A stretch of DNA of 63,290 nt from Thermoplasmatota archaeon (lineage in GTDB: Archaea; Thermoplasmatota; SW-10-69-26; JACQPN01; JAJPHT01): the NCBI GenBank assembly GCA_035526585.1, contig DATLCC010000109.1:1-63290 (forward strand), read 5' to 3'. The number at the start of each line of letters is the position of its first letter. The first letter of the stretch is position 1. Below, piece after piece: positions 7,129-15,554 of this stretch. The translations under genes and the position numbers were made by a program. A model generated the notes under the pieces. The model was not told where the DNA came from and ran no database searches. It worked only from the letters and a program-made list of their open reading frames with translations.

Positions 7129-9413
7129 CCCCCGACCCGCGTCGACGCGAGATGGTCGCATGGGTGAAGACGCCGACGCGCGTCGTCCCGACCCGGCACT
7201 CGTTCACGCCCGCGTTCTACGTCTCCGGTCCGCGACCCGCGCTCGAAGATCTCGCGCGCACCTTGCCGCTGCTTCCCGGCGTCGAGGCGCCCACCTGGGG
7301 ATCGCATCTTCTTGGCCTTGCGCCCGGTCATCGGCGCGCGCTCAAGGTCCCCGTACGCGACATGAAGCGTCTGATGCAAGTCGCGAAGATGGTGGACGCG
7401 CGCGGGGAGCACCGCGACTTCACGCTCTACGATGTGGATCTGCGCGCAAGCCAGCGCTTCTTCATGGAACGAGGACTGTTCCCTTTCGCGAACGTGCGCC
7501 TGGAGCCCGAGGGGCTCGTCGCGATCGACGATGCGTGGGATCTCCGCTACGACGTCCCTGCCCTCAGCGAGGTCCATCTGGACGTCGTGGTCGAGGACAT
7601 GGCTCGCCTCAAAGGCCCCATCGTGCACATCGAGATCGAGGGAGCGCACTTCGAGGGGAGGGAAGAGGATCTTCTGAGCGAGGCGCAGGCGCGTCTCCAC
7701 GCGCTCGATCCCGACGTCGTGCACACGGACGGCGGCGATCGCTGGATGCTCGACCATCTCGCGGCACGGGCGGCGATCCACGGTATCGCGTGGGACCTGG
7801 GGCGCGACGCGACGCTCTCCGTCCCGAGACGGCGCGCGCGGAGCTTCCATCAGTACGGGCACATCCGATACAGCGCGCCGACGCACCCACTGGTCGGGCG
7901 CATCCACGTCGATCACCAGTCGAGCTTCTTCTTCCGCGAATCGGGGCTCGCGGGGATCATCGATCTCGCCCGCATCTCAGGCGTGCCGTTGGGCGAGATC
8001 GCGCGCCTCGAAGCCGGGACCGCAGTGACCGCGATGCAGATCGGGCACGCGAAGCGCGCCGGCCGCTTGATCCCGTGGAAGAAGAACATGCCCGAGAAAC
8101 CAAAGACGCTGCGTTCTCTCGTCAAGGCCGACCGCGGCGGCTACATCTACGATCCTCGCGTCGGGCTCCACGAGGACGTCATCGAGCTCGACTTCTCCTC
8201 GCTCTACCCCGCGCTCATCGCGAAGCACAACCTCGGCGCGGAAACGATCCTCTGCTCGTGCTGCGACCCCCGCGAACTCGCTCCGGAGTGCTTCGTTCCC
8301 CAGATCGGCTTCCACGTGTGCGACAGGCAACAGGGGCTCGTGCCCCAGGTGCTCACGAAGCTCGTCCACCGCCGCTCTGAGCTCAAGAAGATGCGAAAGC
8401 GTGAGCGCAAAGGCACGCCCAAGTTCAACGAGTACAAGGGGCGTGTGGACGCGCTCAAATGGCTCAACGTCGTCTCCTTCGGCTATCAAGGCTACAAGAA
8501 CGCGCGCTTCGGCTGCATCGAAGCGCACGAGGCCACGTGCGCGTGGGCGCGCGAAGCGCTCCTCTCTGCCGCCGAGGTCGCCCGCGAGAGCGGCTACGAG
8601 GTGCTCCACGGCATCGTCGACAGCCTCTGGCTCGAAAGGACGACGCCGGCCGCCATCTCGGCCGAGGATCTCGCAGAACGCGTCGAGCAGGAGGTCGGCA
8701 TTCCCTTCGAGCCGCAAGGACGCTACCACTGGATCGTCTTCCTGCCCACGCGCGCCCACGTGGCGCCAGGTGCCCCCAGCATCGGGGCGCCCAACCGCTT
8801 CTACGGTCTCTTCGACAAGGAGCCCGACGCGCCCACCCGTAGCCAGGCCGGGCAGGACATCGACCACATCGCGGGCGGCGCGCTCAAGGTGCGCGGGGTC
8901 GAGCTTCGCCAGAGCAGCGCGCCGCAGGTGGTCGCCACGATCCAGGCAGCCTTCCTCGAGGCGCTCTGCAAGGCGAAGAGCGCCGCCGCGTTCCACGCCA
9001 TCATCCCCGACGCGTTCACGGCCGCACGCCCGCACGTGCGCCGGTTGCAGGAGGGCGCATACCCGCTCGAAGAGCTCGTCATCGAGATGAATGTCACGAG
9101 CGGCCTCGAAGGGCGCACCAGCATGACCCACACCACCGCCGCGCTGCACCAGATGAAGAAGCTCGGCCACGAGACCCCCGCCGGGGACCGCGTGCGCTAC
9201 GTCATCACCGACGCGGAGAGCCGCGACCCGGAGCAGCGCGTCCGCGTCGCCTCGCGCCTCCACGAAGGCACGCGCTACGACGCGGACGCGTACCTGACGC
9301 TTGTCGTGCGGGCTCTTACGAGCCTCCTGCTGCCCCTCGGGTATGACGAGGCGCTCGTGCGCGACGCGCTCACCGGCGCGCCGCGGCAGGTCGCGCTGCC
9401 GCGGGCACGGTGA
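7125..9413 (+). CDS. polB: family-B DNA polymerase with non-canonical motif C
   Basis: Motif A LDFSSLYPALI, motif B KWLNVVSFGYQGYKNARFG, motif C region VLHGIVDSLW (IVD where DTD is expected). Start set at GTG 7125 (alternative ATG 7152). The upstream part of track ORF 6765.. is Arg/Pro-rich junk overlapping two other genes. Confidence 0.88.
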   Translation: MTPDPRRREMVAWVKTPTRVVPTRHSFTPAFYVSGPRPALEDLARTLPLLPGVEAPTWGSHLLGLAPGHRRALKVPVRDMKRLMQVAKMVDARGEHRDFTLYDVDLRASQRFFMERGLFPFANVRLEPEGLVAIDDAWDLRYDVPALSEVHLDVVVEDMARLKGPIVHIEIEGAHFEGREEDLLSEAQARLHALDPDVVHTDGGDRWMLDHLAARAAIHGIAWDLGRDATLSVPRRRARSFHQYGHIRYSAPTHPLVGRIHVDHQSSFFFRESGLAGIIDLARISGVPLGEIARLEAGTAVTAMQIGHAKRAGRLIPWKKNMPEKPKTLRSLVKADRGGYIYDPRVGLHEDVIELDFSSLYPALIAKHNLGAETILCSCCDPRELAPECFVPQIGFHVCDRQQGLVPQVLTKLVHRRSELKKMRKRERKGTPKFNEYKGRVDALKWLNVVSFGYQGYKNARFGCIEAHEATCAWAREALLSAAEVARESGYEVLHGIVDSLWLERTTPAAISAEDLAERVEQEVGIPFEPQGRYHWIVFLPTRAHVAPGAPSIGAPNRFYGLFDKEPDAPTRSQAGQDIDHIAGGALKVRGVELRQSSAPQVVATIQAAFLEALCKAKSAAAFHAIIPDAFTAARPHVRRLQEGAYPLEELVIEMNVTSGLEGRTSMTHTTAALHQMKKLGHETPAGDRVRYVITDAESRDPEQRVRVASRLHEGTRYDADAYLTLVVRALTSLLLPLGYDEALVRDALTGAPRQVALPRAR

Positions 9414-9523
9414 TGCCACACGGGACGACGCCTGGCGCCCACGTGTGTGCTATGTGGCGCCCACGTGGGGCCACGTGGGCCCACGTGGCGCCCACCTGGG
9501 TGCCACACGGGACGACGCCTGGC
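9414..9523 (+). repeat. CACGTG-unit intergenic repeat, copy C (terminal module duplicated)
   Basis: TGCCACACGGGACGACGCCTGGC occurs at 9414-9436 and again at 9501-9523, bracketing GCCCACGTG-type units. The copy spans nearly the whole gap between the convergent polB and truD stops. Confidence 0.8.
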
Positions 9524-9529
9524 CCGGCC

Positions 9530-10825
9530 CTAGGCGAGCGCCGCCGCTTCGCTCTTCATGACCTCGCGCAGCACGCACGTCGCGTAGCTGCCTTTGAGGA
9601 GGAAGAACGACAGCTCCGCGTAGTCCCCGCCTGCGTCGTGTCCATCGGCGTAGCGGACGGGCCCGAGCGGCGCGAGGAGCTCGCGGCGTGTGCCGTACGA
9701 GGCGGCTTCCGGGAGGTGCGGGATCAGGAGGTCTTCGGGCGTCCAGCCCATCTCGGAGATGGCTTTGGCCTCGAGCTCGCCCATCGCGCCTTCGGCGAGG
9801 GCGATGTCGCTGCCATAAAGGACGCCCGTGACGAGCGCGCGGCCTTCGCGGCAGAGCTTCTGGACGCGCGTGTGGTTCTGTGCGGTGACTTTGTGTGGGC
9901 GGTCCTTGTCGGGGCGCCCCTCGGCGTCGAGGCCGAAGACGACGTCGCCCGTCTGCGGATCGTTGAGGCCGATGCCGGCGGCCATGCGACGCGCCACGAT
10001 GCGGTTGAAGACGAGGCTTTGCGCGGCGTAGACGAACATCGTCAGGAGGTTGCGCGGGAGGGAGAGGAGCGCGCCTTCGAAGTCGTCGGGGCGTTGCGAG
10101 AGGTGCCAGACCATCTGGCGCTCGAACTGGAGGTGGCGCGGGTAGAGCGGAAGCGCGGCCGGGCCGTCCTTCTCGTACGCGACACGGGCCGCGCGGCAGT
10201 CGGCCGGCTCGTCGGGGCTCGGGTTGCCGACGTAGAGCCGGACGGCTTCGCGCAGGTCGCCGCGGACGATCGCGATGCCTACCTTGTGCGTGACCGGGCG
10301 CGTCACCCCGAAGCGTTGGACGCCGAAGTAGTTGGGGAATCCGCCGGCGCTCTGGAGGCGCTCGATGATGTCGCGTCCCGAGCCTTCGTGCTGTCGGACC
10401 CTCACGACGAAGCGGTTGCCCACGAGCTCGCCGATCTTTGGCGCGCGGTCCACGCGCCGCGTCTCGAGGACCTCGACGTCCTTCATGGCGAGCGCGCGCA
10501 CCTGGGGCTCGGGCGCGCGCAGCGAGACGTATTGCGTGGTGATCGCGCGCTTGTCCTTCGTGCCGGCGAAGAAGATCGCTTCGCGCGAGATGCCGAGCTC
10601 GCGCGCAAGTTCCGCCATCAGGCGGTTCGTCTCCCAGTTGCGCACGCGAAGCGCTGCGACCGTGTACTTCCCCTCGGCCACGGGCGGAGGGAACGCGAGC
10701 GGGACCTCTTCGACGACGAAGTCCTCGGGGAAGGTCTTGAGACGCCCGCCGATCCCTGGCTCGTCCGTGAGGTACTGCTCGAGGCCTACGTCGCGCTCGA
10801 TGCCTGCGGGCGTCGGGCGGACCAT
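9530..10825 (-). CDS. truD: tRNA pseudouridine synthase TruD/Pus7 type
   Basis: 431 aa with FPEDFVVEEV and GTKDKRAITTQ (catalytic Asp motif). Confidence 0.9.
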   Translation of the reverse strand: MVRPTPAGIERDVGLEQYLTDEPGIGGRLKTFPEDFVVEEVPLAFPPPVAEGKYTVAALRVRNWETNRLMAELARELGISREAIFFAGTKDKRAITTQYVSLRAPEPQVRALAMKDVEVLETRRVDRAPKIGELVGNRFVVRVRQHEGSGRDIIERLQSAGGFPNYFGVQRFGVTRPVTHKVGIAIVRGDLREAVRLYVGNPSPDEPADCRAARVAYEKDGPAALPLYPRHLQFERQMVWHLSQRPDDFEGALLSLPRNLLTMFVYAAQSLVFNRIVARRMAAGIGLNDPQTGDVVFGLDAEGRPDKDRPHKVTAQNHTRVQKLCREGRALVTGVLYGSDIALAEGAMGELEAKAISEMGWTPEDLLIPHLPEAASYGTRRELLAPLGPVRYADGHDAGGDYAELSFFLLKGSYATCVLREVMKSEAAALA

Positions 10826-10833
10826 GGGCGCGC

Positions 10834-11115
10834 TCAGGCGCCAGTGGCGCGGACGAGGAGCGTCTCGAACTCGTCGAAGTGCTGGCGCAGGTCCTTCGCC
10901 GCGTTCTTGATGGCGGCGTCGGCCTTGCCGGACCGCATTTCGAAGACGAAGAGCGGGTTGTCGAGGTATGGGTGGCCCATGATGTAGGTGGCGCTCTCGA
11001 CGCCGGGGTCCTCGAGCAGGCGCTGCTTGAGGAGGTTGAGGAGCGTGTCGTTCTCCCCGATGAACTCGAGCTCCATCTTCTTGTCGGTCTTCGAGACCAG
11101 GCGCAGATCCATCAT
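10834..11115 (-). CDS. rpoL: DNA-directed RNA polymerase subunit L (Rpo11)
   Basis: 93 aa with LEFIGENDTLLNLL...ATYIMGHPYL. Sits in the conserved position next to csl4. Confidence 0.85.
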   Translation of the reverse strand: MMDLRLVSKTDKKMELEFIGENDTLLNLLKQRLLEDPGVESATYIMGHPYLDNPLFVFEMRSGKADAAIKNAAKDLRQHFDEFETLLVRATGA

Positions 11116-11124
11116 GATATCACC

Positions 11125-11697
11125 TTACAGGACGTTGCCCTCGCCGTAGTCTTCGGCGAGCTTCTTCATGTCCTTCCAATCGCATTCGGGGCAGACGACG
11201 CCCTTGCCCTTGCGGGACATCTGCGTCCCGCAGCGCGGGCAGTAGGACTTGAGGACGCCGAGACGGGGGCCCTTCGTTGTGAGCTGGATCGCGGGATCGG
11301 TCTCGAGGACCTTCGCGCGGATGACGTCGCGGATGCGGAGGGCGTCCTCCATGTTCTCGACGTACTGGTCGCTCGTCTTGCTGACGTGGAGCGTCCCGTT
11401 CGTGTCGCCGCCGATCCCGCGGTTGGGCATCTCGGCGATGCGCTGGACCTGGACGATGGCCATCGAGCTGCGCGTCATGCCGACGACGCCGATGACGATG
11501 TCCCCGGGCTTCACGACGGCCGGACGGGCGGGGATGATGCTTTCGACGCGCGCGACGAAGTCGTTCGTGTCCAGGGTCAGATAGCCCACGGTCGCGGAGA
11601 AGACGTCTCCGTTCTCCTCGTAGGTGCCAGGTCCGGGGACGAACTCCTCGGCGACGCCGACGTTCTCCCCCGGGTACACAAGGCGCTTCTGGACCAT
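11125..11697 (-). CDS. csl4: exosome complex RNA-binding protein Csl4
   Basis: 190 aa with an S1-like core and a C-terminal zinc ribbon (CPRCG...CPECD). Confidence 0.85.
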   Translation of the reverse strand: MVQKRLVYPGENVGVAEEFVPGPGTYEENGDVFSATVGYLTLDTNDFVARVESIIPARPAVVKPGDIVIGVVGMTRSSMAIVQVQRIAEMPNRGIGGDTNGTLHVSKTSDQYVENMEDALRIRDVIRAKVLETDPAIQLTTKGPRLGVLKSYCPRCGTQMSRKGKGVVCPECDWKDMKKLAEDYGEGNVL

Positions 11698-11724
11698 GGA
11701 AAACGGCGCTGCAATCCCCCGCCC

Positions 11725-11733
11725 TTATTTAAA
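11725..11733 (-). promoter_or_regulatory. TATA-box-like element for csl4-rpoL-truD
   Basis: Reverse-strand TTTAAATAA about 28 nt upstream of the csl4 ATG (11697), in a GC-rich spacer. Confidence 0.5.
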
Positions 11734-11772
11734 GGGTAACCAGCGCAAACGGAACGAGGACTCAGTTGTGCT

Positions 11773-12384
11773 TCAAGCGGATTCGCGTGACTTTGTCAGG
11801 CGAAGTGCGACGACCTCGATCTCCTGCACGGCCTTCTCCTGGTGGCGATATTGGTGCCGGAGGGGAAAGAGGAGTCGCCACGCATGGGTCGCCCGGAAAC
11901 CGCCCTCCGCGGCGTACGACTCGACGAACGCGCGCGTCGCCGCGTTGTGCAGCGTGTAGACGACCGGCGCGCTCGCCATCGCTGCATCGAGGAACGCGCG
12001 GTCCGCGCCGCGCTGCTGCGCTCCGAAGGGCGGGTTCATGAGCACCGTGTCGACGGCCCCGCGCCACCCGCGCACGTCGGCCTCGACCCAGTCGACGGCG
12101 GCGCGCAGCTTCCGCGCCGCGCCGCGCGCCAACTCGATGGAGGCCGCGTCCACGTCGACGCCCGTGGCGCTCGCGGCGCCCAGGAGGGCGGCGCCGATCG
12201 CGAAGACGCCGGTGCCGCAGCCGAGGTCGACGATGCGGCGGCCCTCGATGTCCCCCATCGTCACGGCCTCGAAGAGGAGCGGCGCGGCGAGTGCCGCGGG
12301 CGTCTCGTACTGCTCCAGCTCGAGCTTGGGGGCCGGATGCGGCGGGATGGATGACAGCATCCGTTCGATATCGTTCAGGCGCAT
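11773..12384 (-). CDS. METTL5-like SAM-dependent methyltransferase (NPPF/G type)
   Basis: 203 aa with SAM motif VDLGCGTGVFAIGA and MNPPFG. This is the usual neighbour of csl4/rpoL in archaea. Confidence 0.8.
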   Translation of the reverse strand: MRLNDIERMLSSIPPHPAPKLELEQYETPAALAAPLLFEAVTMGDIEGRRIVDLGCGTGVFAIGAALLGAASATGVDVDAASIELARGAARKLRAAVDWVEADVRGWRGAVDTVLMNPPFGAQQRGADRAFLDAAMASAPVVYTLHNAATRAFVESYAAEGGFRATHAWRLLFPLRHQYRHQEKAVQEIEVVALRLTKSRESA

Positions 12385-12395
12385 GCTATCACCGA

Positions 12396-12434
12396 GCTAT
12401 CATTCCAGTATGATAGCTTGATATCATGATATCA
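12396..12434. promoter_or_regulatory. compound palindromes in AT-rich spacer upstream of the methyltransferase gene
   Basis: GCTATCAT-N6-ATGATAGC (12396-12417), followed by two tandem copies of the self-complementary TGATATCA (12419-12426, 12427-12434). Confidence 0.45.
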
Positions 12435-12869
12435 CATGACTTCGGGGCCGTGGTGGACGGCGGTGGCCTTCTGCGCCTGCTGCTGGTTCTGGAACTGCAC
12501 CTGCGGCAGCGGGATCGGCGGCGGGAGCTGCAGGTCCTTCGCGATGCCGACCGCCTCCGGGACGCAGACGCGCATGACCGCGCTGTGGATCTCGCTCGCC
12601 TGCTCGGGGGCCATCTGGTTCGTCGTGCGCCAGTGCTGCTCGAACGCTTTCGCGTCGCACGCGTAGACCATGTTGCCCTCGATGCGGATGACGCCGATCG
12701 GGCCGTAGGTCGCGGTGTAGCGGAACTCGACGAAGGCTTCCTTCTCGGAGATCTCCTTCACGAGCGTGACCGTGCTGTTATGGTCGATGCGCACGTTGCC
12801 GTGGCGCTCGTTCGTCTTCGAGTAGCGCTTGGCCTCGATGCCGGAGAGCTCCATACGCGTGACGGGCAC
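12432..12869 (-). CDS. conserved-looking hypothetical protein
   Basis: 145-aa ORF with ordinary composition and a Gln-rich tail. No family recognised. Confidence 0.55.
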   Translation of the reverse strand: MPVTRMELSGIEAKRYSKTNERHGNVRIDHNSTVTLVKEISEKEAFVEFRYTATYGPIGVIRIEGNMVYACDAKAFEQHWRTTNQMAPEQASEIHSAVMRVCVPEAVGIAKDLQLPPPIPLPQVQFQNQQQAQKATAVHHGPEVM

Positions 12870-12900
12870 GTACGCCCATCCTGGGGGTCGGCCTTAACCC

Positions 12901-13317
12901 TTAGGGCGAGACCACCAGCACGCCGCGCATGTTCGCGTGGAGCGTACAGAAGTACGGCAGAGCGATGTCGCCCGTCGGGAGCGCGGTCGCGCTCGTGCAC
13001 GTCGCGTCGCGACCGTCGACGGTCGAAACGAGCGCGCCGTCGACGATCGTGAGCGTGGCGGGCGTCGTCGGATCGACCGCGTTGTACCCCAGGTGCTGCA
13101 GGCAGCTCCCGGACGACGCAGGCGTCACTCCATCGGCGATGACATGGCCACCGTCGATGCTGATCCACGAGACGCTCGTGCCGCTCGCGATCGTCGTCGC
13201 GGGCAGCACGAACGCGAGCGCGCTCGACGAGACCATGCACGGGTCCGCGCACGTGGCGGGGATCGCCGCGCCCGCGATCGGGGCGAGCGCGACGAGGGCG
13301 AAGAGGACGAGCTTCAT
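12901..13317 (-). CDS. cupredoxin (amicyanin/plastocyanin-like blue copper protein)
   Basis: 138 aa with a signal peptide. Type-1 Cu ligand pattern YFCTLHANMRGVLVV (C-x2-H-x2-M) plus an upstream His (DGGHV). Confidence 0.75.
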   Translation of the reverse strand: MKLVLFALVALAPIAGAAIPATCADPCMVSSSALAFVLPATTIASGTSVSWISIDGGHVIADGVTPASSGSCLQHLGYNAVDPTTPATLTIVDGALVSTVDGRDATCTSATALPTGDIALPYFCTLHANMRGVLVVSP

Positions 13318-13326
13318 CGCGGCGCC

Positions 13327-15294
13327 TCAGCTCACGAACGGGGCGGGAACGCTTCCGGCCTCGAAGTCGATGCCCGTCGGCCAGACCGCGTTGTTCTGCG
13401 AGGGGCTCGCGCCCGTGTACGCGTCCGCGCCGGCGAGGTCGAGGTAGACGCCGACCGTGTTGCCCGTGAGGCCTTCGCCGCCACCCAGCAGGATGCCGCG
13501 GCCGTGCGTGGAGCCGTAGTTGTTGGCGCCGCCGTTCGGGTGCGCTTCCATGAAGTGGCCGTCGTCGCCGGAGACGTCGAGGAAGACGCCTTCGCCTTCC
13601 GCGGGGCCGCCGAAGCCTTCGTTCATGGTCGCGACGCCGCGGGGGCTGCGCGTGTCGCCGAAGTAGTGGTCGTTGCCGCCCATCTCGAGGAAGACGCCGA
13701 GGCCCGCGAAGCTCGCGGTGCCGAAGGCGCAGTTGAGAAGTGGCACGATGAACGGGTTCTTCGCGCTCTCGACCGCCTGGTAATCGTCGTCGCCGCCGTC
13801 CTCGAAGAAGACGCCGGTGCCGCCGAACGCGCCGAAGCCGTACGCGTAGAAGTCGGTCGTCGTCGCATTGTCCCACGCGTAGTAGTCGTCTGACCCAAGG
13901 CCCGTGTCGGAGAGGACGCCGACGCCGCCGAAGAAGCCCGTGCCTCCGGGGTAGAGGCCCTGGAAGCGGCCGGAGCCGATGCCCGTGTCGAAGCCGTAGG
14001 AGAGCCACTCGTCGTCGCCGCTGCCGTCGGCCGAGATGCCGACGCCGCCCGCGTTGCCGAAGCCCTGCGCGAACGCCCAGATGCTGTTGCCGTGCGAGGT
14101 CACGTCGGCCTCGTACACGTCGTTCCCGACTGCGTCGATCTGGATGCCGACGCCCGCGAGGCCGTACCCCTGGGAGCCCGCGTCGATGTAGCCGAGGACG
14201 CCGCCCCAGAAGGGGCCGAGGCTCGCAGGCTGCACGAAGTTCGAAAGGTACGAGTCGCTGCCCGTCGCGTCGACGAGGACGCCGATGCCGCCGAGGCTGC
14301 CGGAGCCATCCACGTTCGTCGGGACGCCCGAGTAGGCGTACGTGTCGTCGCCCTGGAGGTCCACGACGACGCTCACGGCGAGGCCGTTGCAGTCGTGGAT
14401 GAGGTTCGCTGGGTCGGCGCACGCGCCGGCCGCGGTCGTGTGATAGACGTCGTTCCCGCTCGCGTCGACGATGAGGACCGGGTCGCGCTGGACGCTCGTG
14501 CGCTCGAAGGTGTCGTCGCCGGTCGAGCCGAGGACGACGAGGCCGTTCGGGTCGCTGAAGATCGGCGTGCTCGCCGCGGGCCACTCGAGGCCGGCGACGG
14601 CGGCGCGGAAGTCGTTCTGCGCCGCGACGATGGAGAGCGCGTTCGCGAGCGTCGCGTCGCGCTCGGTCGAGGTGAGCATGAGGTCGGGCGCGCCGCTCGC
14701 GGTCGGCACGCGGGCGACGACGCCCGTCGCGATGGGCGTCTGGGCCTCGTAGGCGACGGCGACGCTCTGCACGAGCTGCGCGAAGGGCGCGCGGATGTCC
14801 GCGGGCACGGCTGCGGCGCGCGCGTCGAGCTCGGCGCGCTGCGCGGCGGTCAGGGGGTGGCCCGCGGCGGCGTCGAGGCGCGCGACCTCGGTCGCGAGGT
14901 CAGCGGCTCCCGCAGGCTCGCCAGAGAGGGAAAGGAGGTTGTCGGCCTGGGCGAGGGAGACCCACTGCGCGACGGTGCGGCCGGCGCGCGGCTCGGCGTT
15001 GAGCGTCTGGCGCGCGACGTCGACGGGGGAGGCTCCGGCAAGGTCGAGGCGCCGCGGGTGGTCCAGCCCGTGGTCGGCAAGGTAGTGCTGCACGCGCGCG
15101 GCGAAGCGCGGGTCCTGCATGCCTTCGTAGGTGAGCTGGCCGAGCGACTTGCCTTGGAGGGGGTGGCCGGGCGCGGTCGCGTCGAGCGCGACGGGAGCGC
15201 GGAGAGCCGATCCGATGGTAGTGACGGAGACCAGAGCGATGAGGACGACGAGGACGATGGAGCGCGAGATGCGACTACCTCCCATGCCCCCCAC
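13327..15294 (-). CDS. secreted repeat protein with G-[NDS]-D-x-[YW] motifs
   Basis: 655 aa with an N-terminal anchor or signal. About ten motifs (GNDVY, GDDTY, GSDSY, GNDVY, GDDEW, GSDDY, GDDDY, GNDHY, GDDGH, GADAY). Ends 9 nt upstream of the cupredoxin gene. ATG 15285 is an alternative start. Confidence 0.7.
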   Translation of the reverse strand: MGGMGGSRISRSIVLVVLIALVSVTTIGSALRAPVALDATAPGHPLQGKSLGQLTYEGMQDPRFAARVQHYLADHGLDHPRRLDLAGASPVDVARQTLNAEPRAGRTVAQWVSLAQADNLLSLSGEPAGAADLATEVARLDAAAGHPLTAAQRAELDARAAAVPADIRAPFAQLVQSVAVAYEAQTPIATGVVARVPTASGAPDLMLTSTERDATLANALSIVAAQNDFRAAVAGLEWPAASTPIFSDPNGLVVLGSTGDDTFERTSVQRDPVLIVDASGNDVYHTTAAGACADPANLIHDCNGLAVSVVVDLQGDDTYAYSGVPTNVDGSGSLGGIGVLVDATGSDSYLSNFVQPASLGPFWGGVLGYIDAGSQGYGLAGVGIQIDAVGNDVYEADVTSHGNSIWAFAQGFGNAGGVGISADGSGDDEWLSYGFDTGIGSGRFQGLYPGGTGFFGGVGVLSDTGLGSDDYYAWDNATTTDFYAYGFGAFGGTGVFFEDGGDDDYQAVESAKNPFIVPLLNCAFGTASFAGLGVFLEMGGNDHYFGDTRSPRGVATMNEGFGGPAEGEGVFLDVSGDDGHFMEAHPNGGANNYGSTHGRGILLGGGEGLTGNTVGVYLDLAGADAYTGASPSQNNAVWPTGIDFEAGSVPAPFVS

Positions 15295-15554
15295 GCGATG
15301 CGGCGCTCATGAACGTGGTGGCGCAAGGATTGTTTCGGCATCCCCTCCAGACCGTATGCACAAATCCACGATCGTCCACTGGAAGCCACGGTCGCCTTGG
15401 AAGCCCTCGATTGCCGCTCCCCCTCCCGCTGCGCGTCGTGCGAGCATCGGCTCGAGGGCGCCTGCATGCTGGAGCGCGCGCTCCAGGAAGCACTGGCAGA
15501 GCGTCCTCGACCCGCGATCGCGGTGGCGATGCTTCCGCGCGCGACCGCCTGAGA

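Noticed and set aside
3441-9413. Interpreting the recombinase + PolB block as a casposon or pipolin.
   Set aside because: There is no Cas1 and no tyrosine integrase. I found no terminal inverted repeats or target duplications. A hairpin/T-run terminator separates the recombinases from the polB operon, and the GC content of the genes resembles the flanks. The block is kept as a hypothesis about a possible integrated or recombination module, not called as a known element type.
15295-15554. A possible small Cys-rich ORF (…DCRSPSRCASCEHRLEGAC…) in the 260-bp gap between the repeat-protein gene and dnaJ.
   Set aside because: The only in-frame start is a weak TTG, there is no recognisable promoter, and the product would be about 50 aa. 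The evidence is insufficient to call it.
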